This document shows, piece after piece, positions 8,388 to 16,230 of a DNA stretch of 52,926 nt. This stretch comes from Candidatus Omnitrophota bacterium (GTDB lineage Bacteria; Omnitrophota; Gorgyraeia; Aquiviventales; Aquiviventaceae), in NCBI GenBank assembly GCA_016193195.1, contig JACPSQ010000035.1:2435-55360 (forward strand), read 5' to 3'. Every line of letters begins with the position of its first letter. The first letter of the stretch is position 1. The position numbers and the translations under genes are program-made. The notes under the pieces are model-generated. The model did no database searches. It was not told where the DNA came from and saw only the letters and a list, made by a program, of their open reading frames with translations.

Positions 8388-9491
8388 GTGACAATCCCAT
8401 CAAGCCACTTTTTGGACGGCAAGACGATCTTGGTCACCGGGGGGACCGGGTCGTTTGGCCAGCAGTTCGTCGACACGGTCCTGAGACTCAGCCAGCCGGA
8501 AGCCATCCGTATCTACTCCCGTGACGAGCTCAAACAGCAGCAGATGCAGCGGCGCGTTCCGGATCAGCGGCTGCGGTTCCTCATCGGGGACGTACGCGAT
8601 AAGGAGCGGCTCTACCGGGCGATGCGAGGTGTGGAGATCGTGGTCCACGCGGCGGCGCTCAAGCAAGTTCCGGCGTGCGAATACAACCCCTTTGAAGCCG
8701 TCAAGACCAACGTGCTGGGGGCGGCCAATGTGATCGACGCGGCGATCGACTGTAGTGTTGACCGTGTGCTGGCGATCAGCACCGACAAGGCGGTCAACCC
8801 GATCAACCTCTATGGCGCGACGAAGCTCTGCGCCGAGAAGCTGTTCATCCAAGGCAATGCCTACTCAAGGGAGCGGAGGAAGCGGTTTAGCTGCGCGCGA
8901 TATGGCAACGTGGTCGCCAGTCGTGGCAGCGTGGTCCCCCTGTTCCTGCAACAACGGTCCAATGGGAGAATCACGGTGACGGATCGGCGGATGGCCCGGT
9001 TCTGGATGACCCTCGAGCAAGGGGTGGCATTCGTCTTGCGCTGCCTGGACCTCATGCATGGTGGTGAGATCTTTGTTCCGAAGATCCCAAGCATGAGCAT
9101 TATGGATTTGGCCAATGTGATCGCCCCTGGGTGCCGGATTACGTTCACAGGCATCCGGCCAGGGGAGAAGCTCCATGAGCTGCTCATTTCTCCTGATGAA
9201 GCCCAACATACCAGGGCGTTCCCAGACATGTTTGTCATCCAACCTGCCCACCCGTGGTGGACCACAGGTAGGTGGCGAGGAGGCACATCTCTGCCCGAAG
9301 GTTTTAGTTATAGCAGCGCCACGGCTCCGCGCCTGAGCGTGGAGGAGCTTGGCAGGATCGTCGCCCGGCTGGAGCAGCAGTCGGCCATCCCCGTCGTGCC
9401 AGATGGTGACGACGGCGACACGGCTCCCTTGACGCCTCCACAGCCCCGCGCACGGCCACGACGCACTCGGGTGTTGGTCAAACATGGCTGA
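8388..9491 (+). CDS. pseB: UDP-N-acetylglucosamine 4,6-dehydratase (inverting), PseB/FlaA1/CapD-type
   Basis: The start is GTG. Motifs: 'GKTILVTGGTGSFGQQFV', 'IRIYSRDELKQ', 'FLIGDVRDKERL', 'VVHAAALKQVPACEYNPFEAVKTNVLGAANV', 'ISTDKAVNPINLYGATKLCAEKLF'. A Pro/Arg-rich tail of about 35 aa extends beyond the usual length. Confidence 0.9.
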   Translation: MTIPSSHFLDGKTILVTGGTGSFGQQFVDTVLRLSQPEAIRIYSRDELKQQQMQRRVPDQRLRFLIGDVRDKERLYRAMRGVEIVVHAAALKQVPACEYNPFEAVKTNVLGAANVIDAAIDCSVDRVLAISTDKAVNPINLYGATKLCAEKLFIQGNAYSRERRKRFSCARYGNVVASRGSVVPLFLQQRSNGRITVTDRRMARFWMTLEQGVAFVLRCLDLMHGGEIFVPKIPSMSIMDLANVIAPGCRITFTGIRPGEKLHELLISPDEAQHTRAFPDMFVIQPAHPWWTTGRWRGGTSLPEGFSYSSATAPRLSVEELGRIVARLEQQSAIPVVPDGDDGDTAPLTPPQPRARPRRTRVLVKHG

Positions 9492-10710
9492 AGGAGAACC
9501 AAAGGCCGCTGCTCCCTTGGCATCCACCACGCTTGCGTTGGAGGCAAGCGTCCAGGCGCGGACGCCCATGCTGCCGTACGGCCGGCACACTGTGGTTGAG
9601 GCGGACATCCAAGCGGTGGTGGAGGTGTTGCGATCCGAGCGCCTGACGCAGGGTCCTGTGGTTGACGCGTTTGAGGCGGCGGTGGCCGAGGCCGTCGGGG
9701 CCCGCTACGCTGTGGCGTTCAGCTCGGGCACGGCCGCGCTCCATGCCGCGGTGTTTGCAGCCGGACTTGGGCCAGGGGATGAGGCGATTACAACGCCCCT
9801 GACCTTTTGCGCGACGGCCAACAGTGTGCTGTACCAGGGGGCCCAGCCGGTGTTTGCGGATGTGTGTCCTGATACGCTCAACCTCGATCCGAGCGAGGCC
9901 GCGAGGCGGGTCACCCCTCGCACGAAAGCGATCCTCCCGGTCGATTATGCGGGGCATCCAGCGGATCTTGACGCGTTCCTCGCGGTGGCCGATCGGCATG
10001 GCCTCGTCATCATCGAGGACGCCTGTCATGCCCTGGGCGCGACGTTCAAGGGTAAGCGGGTGGGGGGGCTGAGCCATATGACGGTGTTCAGCTTTCACCC
10101 CGTTAAGCACATCACGACCGGCGAGGGCGGGATGGTGACGACCGATCACCAGGGGTTCGCGCGTCGCCTGCGCGTGTTTCGCCAACACGGCATCGAGGAG
10201 GATGAGAGGCACCGGGATCCCCACCGGCCCTGGTACTACGAGATGACCGAGTTGGGGTACAACTACCGGCTGAGCGACATTGGCTGCGCGTTGGGACTCT
10301 CCCAATTGACGCGCCTCCAGGCGAACCTGGAGCGAAGGGCCGCCATCGCGCAGCGCTACCACGAGGCGTTTGGGAGTTTGCCAGGGCTGCGCTGTCCGGC
10401 GCAGAGATCCGGGGTCCGGCACGCGTGGCATCTCTATCCGATCCGCCTGGAGTCGCCAACGCACGGGATGGACAGGGCCAAGGTCATCCACGAGTTGCGG
10501 GCACGGGGGCTTGGGGTCAGCGTCCATTTCATTCCGGTGTACTGGCATCCCTATTACCGGCAGCGGCTTGGCATGCGGCCGGGGCTATGCCCTGTGGCGG
10601 AAGACGCCTATCACCAATTGATCAGCCTCCCGATGTTTCACGGCATGGGGCAGGACGAGGTTGAGCGGGTGATTGTAGCGGTGGCAGACGTCTTCAGGGC
10701 ACTGGCCTGA
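9484..10710 (+). CDS. pseC: DegT/DnrJ/EryC1-type aminotransferase, PseC-like (UDP-4-amino-4,6-dideoxy-N-acetyl-beta-L-altrosamine transaminase)
   Basis: 'LPYGRHTVVEADIQAVVEVLRSERLTQGPVVDAFE', 'FSFHPVKHITTGEGGMVTT' (PLP Lys) and 'NYRLSDIGCALGLSQL'. An alternative start at ATG 9568 (MLPYGRH) is equally plausible. Confidence 0.85.
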   Translation: MAEGEPKAAAPLASTTLALEASVQARTPMLPYGRHTVVEADIQAVVEVLRSERLTQGPVVDAFEAAVAEAVGARYAVAFSSGTAALHAAVFAAGLGPGDEAITTPLTFCATANSVLYQGAQPVFADVCPDTLNLDPSEAARRVTPRTKAILPVDYAGHPADLDAFLAVADRHGLVIIEDACHALGATFKGKRVGGLSHMTVFSFHPVKHITTGEGGMVTTDHQGFARRLRVFRQHGIEEDERHRDPHRPWYYEMTELGYNYRLSDIGCALGLSQLTRLQANLERRAAIAQRYHEAFGSLPGLRCPAQRSGVRHAWHLYPIRLESPTHGMDRAKVIHELRARGLGVSVHFIPVYWHPYYRQRLGMRPGLCPVAEDAYHQLISLPMFHGMGQDEVERVIVAVADVFRALA

Positions 10711-10717
10711 TTCCGAG

Positions 10718-12442
10718 ATGATGCAGGCGCGCTCCACAACCGATCAAGCGCCGGAGCGGTTCTATCAACGGTTTGGGCCGGACGGGCGAGTGCTGAACCC
10801 CACCTGGCCTCGGTTGACGACGGAAGCGTCCCTCCAGGCGTTCCCCTCGCGGCCGAGCGGCCGGCGGCTGCTGCTGATCAATGCGCCGATTCGGGAATGG
10901 TCCTATCCGAACATCATGCCCATCGGGCACGGGTATGTCGCTGCGGCGGCCATCATGGATGGCCATACGGTACGTGCCCTGGATCTGAATGCGGCGCGCC
11001 GAGGACCGATGCAGCTGGATGCCGAGGCCCTGGCCGCATGGGTTGAGCGACACGTGCTTGACGCGTTGGAAGAGGACAAGCCGGACGTCATTGGGCTGGG
11101 CGGCATTGTGACCCAGTACGCCCGGATCAAGCAGGTCGCCCGCCTCTGCAAGTCCGTGTATCCCGATGTCCCCATCGTGCTGGGCGGGGGTATTGCGTCC
11201 TCGATTCCGGAGTTCATGGTCCAACGCCTGCCGGTCGATGTGGCGGTGCAAGAAGAAGGCGAAGTGACGTTCTCTGAGTTGCTTCATCGGCTGGAGGAGG
11301 GGGCGTCCCTTGAAGGACTGAGGGGCACGGTGTCTCGACGGACCATTCGTCCAGGTGAGTGGGACATCCGCAATCACGGCTTGCGTCCCTCCGTCAAGAG
11401 TCGAACCCTTGGGCTGGATGCGCTGCCTTGGCCGCTGAGGACGCTCTGGCCGATTGACGGGGTCTACAAGCGCAACCCTGTCGGACACCTCAACTGGAAG
11501 ACGAAGTGGATTGATGGCGCGCCCACCGGGCCGGATCAGTATTCGGAGTCCATGATCGCTTCCAGGGGATGCCCTTATGCGGCGCGTGCGTGCGACTACT
11601 GCTACGCGGCCTATCTGGGCAAGCAGTATCGGCTCCGGAGCCCTCAGGATATAGTGGATGAAATGGAATTCCTCAAGCGGCGCTACGGGCTGTGCTACAT
11701 CCATTTCCTGGATGACCTCATGATGACGGATTTTCGGTGGGCCCTGGAGTTCTGCGCGGAGCTGCGCCAGCGCCGCCAACGGACGGGATTTGCCATCATG
11801 TGGGGCGGAACGTGTCGAACCAACATCGTGGCCGATGACGTCATTCGGGCTCGACAGGAAGGCCGGCCGCACATGCTGGAACAGGCGTTTGAGGTCGGGA
11901 TGCGGCAGGCAGGCTATGGGGTGGAATCCGCGAGCCCCACGATCCTCAAGGCCATTGATAAGAGCGGACAGACTGTGGAGAAGATGGAGCTGGCGATTCG
12001 GGAGACTCGGCGCATTATGGGCTACGCGGACTGCTCCTTCATGATCGGTTCTCCAAGCGAGTCTCGAGAGACCGTTCAGGAGACGGTGGACTTTTGCCGG
12101 CGCGTGGGGCTCAAGCCGGAGGTGTTCTTCTTCACGACGGCCTATCCGGCGACGACCTTTTGGGCCCTGGCGCTGGAGAAGGGCCTGATCGCCAAAGCCG
12201 TCACCGGCAAGCCCGGTCCGGCTGATGAGGACATCATTGAGGAGTACCTGATCCGGCTGGGTGAGCAGGGGGAGGCGATTCGGACGAACTTCAGCGACCT
12301 GCCGGATGAGGAAGTGGTGGACCTCTCGTGGTGGGCGATTCAGGAGCTGGGGGCCCAGAACACCGTGCGGCATCCCCACACGGGTGATGAGCAGGTGTTG
12401 AGGAAGAGCGCGGTTCGTGGCGCGACGCGGGCGGACCTCTAG
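10718..12442 (+). CDS. B12-binding-domain radical SAM protein (class B-like)
   Basis: The N-terminal B12-binding-like region is 'RLLLINAPIREWSYPNIMPIGHGYVAAAAIMDGHTVRALDLN...VIGLGGIVTQY...VPIVLGGGIAS'. The radical SAM core is 'IASRGCPYAARACDYCYAAY' followed by 'IHFLDDLMM'. Confidence 0.85.
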   Translation: MMQARSTTDQAPERFYQRFGPDGRVLNPTWPRLTTEASLQAFPSRPSGRRLLLINAPIREWSYPNIMPIGHGYVAAAAIMDGHTVRALDLNAARRGPMQLDAEALAAWVERHVLDALEEDKPDVIGLGGIVTQYARIKQVARLCKSVYPDVPIVLGGGIASSIPEFMVQRLPVDVAVQEEGEVTFSELLHRLEEGASLEGLRGTVSRRTIRPGEWDIRNHGLRPSVKSRTLGLDALPWPLRTLWPIDGVYKRNPVGHLNWKTKWIDGAPTGPDQYSESMIASRGCPYAARACDYCYAAYLGKQYRLRSPQDIVDEMEFLKRRYGLCYIHFLDDLMMTDFRWALEFCAELRQRRQRTGFAIMWGGTCRTNIVADDVIRARQEGRPHMLEQAFEVGMRQAGYGVESASPTILKAIDKSGQTVEKMELAIRETRRIMGYADCSFMIGSPSESRETVQETVDFCRRVGLKPEVFFFTTAYPATTFWALALEKGLIAKAVTGKPGPADEDIIEEYLIRLGEQGEAIRTNFSDLPDEEVVDLSWWAIQELGAQNTVRHPHTGDEQVLRKSAVRGATRADL

Positions 12443-12461
12443 GGTGATGGATGAAGGAAGG

Positions 12462-12857
12462 ATGCGATTGATTCTCCTGGGTGCTGGCTCAATCGGGCGG
12501 CGTCACCTCCAGAATGCCCTGGCGTTGGGGCATGAGGTGGTGGCCGTCGCTGATCCCGATCCCTCGAGCCTGGGGCTGGTCCGACGCCAGTGGCACATCC
12601 CCGTGCTGACGGCAGACGTCTCGGAGGCGTTTCGACAGCGGGCCGAGGCGGCGGTGATCTGTTCGCCGACCGTAGAGCATGTGTCGCAGGCTCGGTGGGC
12701 GGTGCGCGAGGGCCTCCATGTGCTTGTTGAGAAACCCCTTTCGCACACGCTGGATCAGGTGGATGAACTGATTGCGGAAGCGGCTGCCGCCCAGCGGGTT
12801 GTCCTCATCGGATGTAACCTGCGGTTCTTCCCAAGCTTGCAGGGGAGTGCTCCTTGA
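12462..12857 (+). pseudogene. Gfo/Idh/MocA oxidoreductase, N-terminal Rossmann fragment ending at a frameshift/deletion
   Basis: ATG 12462 is preceded by 'gaaggaagg'. The sequence reads 'MRLILLGAGSIGRRHLQNALALGHEVVAVADP...VICSPTVEHVSQARWAVREGLHVLVEKPLS...LIGCNLRFFPSLQ', then GSAP-stop. The matching C-terminal domain continues in another frame (next feature). Confidence 0.7.
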
Positions 12858-14931
12858 CTGGATCCACGAGTTTGATTATCTGCGCTGGTTCTTTGGGCAG
12901 GTCGGGGAGGTGTTCTGCTATACCGGGACCACGGGGACGCTGGATGTGGAGGTCGAGGACTACGCGGAAGTCCTCTTGCGATTTGACGCCGGCGTCGTCG
13001 CGAATGTCCATCTGGACTACCTGCAGCGGACCTACCGTCGCTCATGCGAGATTATCGGCGCTGAGGGCGTGCTCATCTGGGACTACATCGCCCAGACCGT
13101 GACGTGCTACGGCAGGACGGATCGCCAGGTCGAAGTCTTCACAGAGCAGATCGATACAGAACGGAATCAGATGTTCCTTGAAGAAAGGATGAACGGTGAG
13201 GGGGTCTTTCGCTCGGTCAGCGTGATTGCCGACATGGCCCTGTCGTATGAGGGATCGTATGATCTGGCCTTGGCGACCGTGGAGGCCGCCGCGGAGGCCC
13301 ATGCAGGCGCCATCAATTTTCAGATTTTCCTCGCGGATGAGTTGGCCGTGCCAGGCTACCACTATTACCCCTTGTATACCCGGCTGGAATTGCCGCCCGA
13401 ACGCTGGGCGAGCCTCATCACTCATGCACATCAGCGTGGCCTGAAGGTTACCGCGAATGTCTTCGGAGCCGCGACGGCCATGTGGCTTGCCGAGGCCGGC
13501 GTCGACGCCTTCAAGGTTCACGCGGCCGATGTCGGCAACCGCCCCTTCCTGCAGCGGATCGGTGCGCTCGGCAAGCCGGTCCTCCTGTCGGCTGGCGGCA
13601 GTACGCTCGGAGAAATCAGCCATGCCCTCCGCGTCCTCCAACAACACGGCGCCCCTGAGGTGGCCCTCCTGGCGGGCGTGCAGAACACCCCGACGGCAGT
13701 GGACGACACCCACCTCGCCCGCATCCGGTTGTTGAAAGAACGCTTCGGCCTACCCGTGGGCTATGCCGATCACCTGGATGCCGACGCCCCTCTGGCTCCC
13801 GTCGTGCCGCTCCTGGCGATTGCAGCCGGTGCTGACTTCGTGGAAAAACACATCACCCTGGCCCGGGCGCTCAAGCGCGGGGACTATGTCTCTGCGCTGA
13901 ACCCGGATGAGTTTGCGGAGTTTGTCTTGCGTCTCCATGAGGCTCGCCGGTGCGTGGGGGTGCCGGGAGGGGATTTGGGAGAAGGGGAGCTCTCCTACCG
14001 AGAGGGCATGAAGAAGCGCGTCGTGGCAAGGCGGAGCCTCGAAGCCGGCCACGCGCTGCGTGAAGAGGATCTGACGCTGCTCAGGACGGACGAACCGAGC
14101 GATCTGTGGACGCTGGAACACGCCGTGGGTCGGGCCGTTTCACGAACGATTTCCCAATACGGCTCGATCGGCGAGCGCGATCTCTCGGCTCGTCCTGACG
14201 CTCTCAAACGGCTCGTGGCGGTGCTGTTGTGCCGGGCGAGTTCCTCCCGGCTGTATGCCAAACCGCTTCAGCGCGTCGGGGACAAGACGATCCTCGAGCA
14301 TCTCATTGGCCAGATCCGCTTGATCCCACGCCTTGACGAGATCATCCTGGCTATCAGTGAAGGGCCGGCGAATGCAGGATTTGTCAAACTGGCCAACCAG
14401 TTGGATCTGGACTATGTCATCGGGGACGAAGAAGACGGGCTGAGCCGCATGCTTCGCGCTGCGGAGTTTGCGCGTGCGGACACCGTGTTTCGCGTCACCA
14501 CAGAGAATCCGTTCTTGCACATCGAGAACATCAACCAGCTCATCGAGACGCATGCGGAGCGCCAATCGGATTTGACCTATTGCGACCGGCTGCCGGAAGG
14601 GACGTTTTCGGAGCTGGTGGAGCTGTCCGCCTTGCGGCGGTCCTATGAGCGGGGAACCAGACGCCACCGCAGCGCCTGGGTCAATCTCTATATCCGGGAG
14701 CACCCGGAGCAGTTCCGCATCGCGACCCTGCTGCCGCCTGAGGAACTGCAGCGTCCGGAGATCAGGCTGACCGTGGATTATCCGGAGGACCTGATCGTCG
14801 CGCGCAAGGTCTATGAGGCCTTCGACGGCCGGATGCCGATCCCCATCCGCTCGATCATCAGGTTTCTGGACGAGCATCCGGAGATCAAGGCGATCAACCA
14901 AGGCCTGGAAGTTGGGGCGCTGCCCGTCTGA
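12772..14931 (+). CDS. Fusion ORF: Gfo/Idh/MocA C-terminal remnant + NeuB/SpsE-like synthase with SAF domain + SpsF/PseF-type cytidylyltransferase
   Basis: 'GVLLDWIHEFDYLRWFFG...EDYAEVLLRFDAGVVANVHLDY' is the Gfo C-terminal domain. 'VIADMALSYEG...AINFQIF...LLSAGGSTLGEI...VGYADHLD...FVEKHITL' plus the SAF-like 'RVVARRSLEAGHALREEDL' is NeuB-like. 'VAVLLCRASSSRLYAKPLQRVGDKTILEHLI...VIGDEEDGLSRML...FRVTTENPF...RLTVDYPEDL' is the cytidylyltransferase. The functional start is uncertain: TTG 12772 per the ORF track, and the internal ATG 13189 would give a NeuB-like+CT protein. Confidence 0.75.
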   Translation: MRKRLPPSGLSSSDVTCGSSQACRGVLLDWIHEFDYLRWFFGQVGEVFCYTGTTGTLDVEVEDYAEVLLRFDAGVVANVHLDYLQRTYRRSCEIIGAEGVLIWDYIAQTVTCYGRTDRQVEVFTEQIDTERNQMFLEERMNGEGVFRSVSVIADMALSYEGSYDLALATVEAAAEAHAGAINFQIFLADELAVPGYHYYPLYTRLELPPERWASLITHAHQRGLKVTANVFGAATAMWLAEAGVDAFKVHAADVGNRPFLQRIGALGKPVLLSAGGSTLGEISHALRVLQQHGAPEVALLAGVQNTPTAVDDTHLARIRLLKERFGLPVGYADHLDADAPLAPVVPLLAIAAGADFVEKHITLARALKRGDYVSALNPDEFAEFVLRLHEARRCVGVPGGDLGEGELSYREGMKKRVVARRSLEAGHALREEDLTLLRTDEPSDLWTLEHAVGRAVSRTISQYGSIGERDLSARPDALKRLVAVLLCRASSSRLYAKPLQRVGDKTILEHLIGQIRLIPRLDEIILAISEGPANAGFVKLANQLDLDYVIGDEEDGLSRMLRAAEFARADTVFRVTTENPFLHIENINQLIETHAERQSDLTYCDRLPEGTFSELVELSALRRSYERGTRRHRSAWVNLYIREHPEQFRIATLLPPEELQRPEIRLTVDYPEDLIVARKVYEAFDGRMPIPIRSIIRFLDEHPEIKAINQGLEVGALPV

Positions 14932-14933
14932 CG

Positions 14934-16217
14934 ATGCGCGACTCGCATTCGCAGGAGTGGCTCGCCCGCAGCCGCCAGGTGATTCCCGGTTGCACACAAA
15001 CGTTCAGCAAAGGTCCTACGCAGTTCGTGCAGGGCGCCTCGCCAGCCTTCCTCGTCCGCGGGCGCGGCAGTCACGTCTGGGACGTGGATGGCCAGGAGTA
15101 TCTCGATTACTCGATGGCCCTAGGGCCGGTCATTCTGGGATATCGCGATCCGGTCGTCACCAAGGCGGTGAAACGGCAACTAGAGTCTGGGACGATCTTT
15201 TCACTGCCACATCCACTTGAAGTCGAGGTCGCCGAACTGCTCACCCAGGTTGTCCCATGCGCCCAGATGGTGCGATTCGCCAAGAACGGCTCTGATGCGA
15301 CCGCGGGCGCGGTGAGACTCGCCAGGGCCGTGACAGGACGGGATCTCATCGCGTGCTGTGGCTACCATGGGAATCAGGACTGGTACATTGGGACGACCAC
15401 GCGCAATCGGGGCGTGCCCGAATCGGTTCGACGCTTGACCATCCCGTTTGTCTATAACGACATTGACAGTCTTGCGCGGATCTTCGCCGAGCATCCCCAC
15501 CAGGTTGCTGCGGTGATCATGGAACCGGTAGGCCTTGAGCCGCCGCGCGAGCAGTTTTTGGAACAGGTACGCGACCTGACGCATCGGGAAGGCGCGGTCC
15601 TCATCTTTGATGAAGTGCTGACAGGATTCCGCGTGGCGCTGGGTGGGGCGCAGGAGTACTTCGGCGTCACACCTGACCTGGCCTGCTTCGGCAAGGCCAT
15701 GGCGAACGGCTACCCCCTGTCAGCCGTGGTCGGACGACGGGAGATCATGGAAGCGTTTGAAGAGGTCTTCTTCTCGTTTACGTTCGGGGGGGAAGCGCTC
15801 TCGCTGGCCGCGGCGAAGGCGACGATCACAACGCTGCGCAGCCACGCGATCATTCCGCAGTTGTGGGAACATGGTCGTCGCCTTCAAGACGGATTCAACC
15901 GACTGGCGGCTCAGTTCGGTCTTGCGCAGCGCGTCGTCTGTGAGGGACTGCCGCCGCGGACGATGGTGAGCTTCACCGATGGGACCGGAGCTGAGTCGCT
16001 GCCAGTGAAGAGCTTGTTTCAACAGGAGTGTCTGACGCGCGGCGTGCTGTTTTCAGGAAGCCACAACCTGTGCGCCAGCCACACTCGGGAAGACGTGGAA
16101 CAGACCCTCCGGGTGTATCGGGAAGCGATGGCGGTCGTGGCAGAGGCCGTGGCGGCTGGCGATGTCCTGGAGCGGCTGCAGGGTACGCCGGTGCAGCCGG
16201 TCTTCCGTCGCGCCTAG
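14934..16217 (+). CDS. Class III (HemL/glutamate-1-semialdehyde aminomutase-like) PLP aminotransferase
   Basis: 'RGRGSHVWDVDGQEYLDYSMALGPVILGY', 'FDEVLTGFRVALGGAQEYFGVTPDLACFGKAMANGYPLSAVVGRREIM' (Lys in FGKAM). Confidence 0.9.
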   Translation: MRDSHSQEWLARSRQVIPGCTQTFSKGPTQFVQGASPAFLVRGRGSHVWDVDGQEYLDYSMALGPVILGYRDPVVTKAVKRQLESGTIFSLPHPLEVEVAELLTQVVPCAQMVRFAKNGSDATAGAVRLARAVTGRDLIACCGYHGNQDWYIGTTTRNRGVPESVRRLTIPFVYNDIDSLARIFAEHPHQVAAVIMEPVGLEPPREQFLEQVRDLTHREGAVLIFDEVLTGFRVALGGAQEYFGVTPDLACFGKAMANGYPLSAVVGRREIMEAFEEVFFSFTFGGEALSLAAAKATITTLRSHAIIPQLWEHGRRLQDGFNRLAAQFGLAQRVVCEGLPPRTMVSFTDGTGAESLPVKSLFQQECLTRGVLFSGSHNLCASHTREDVEQTLRVYREAMAVVAEAVAAGDVLERLQGTPVQPVFRRA

Positions 16218-16230
16218 CATCAGGTCATCC

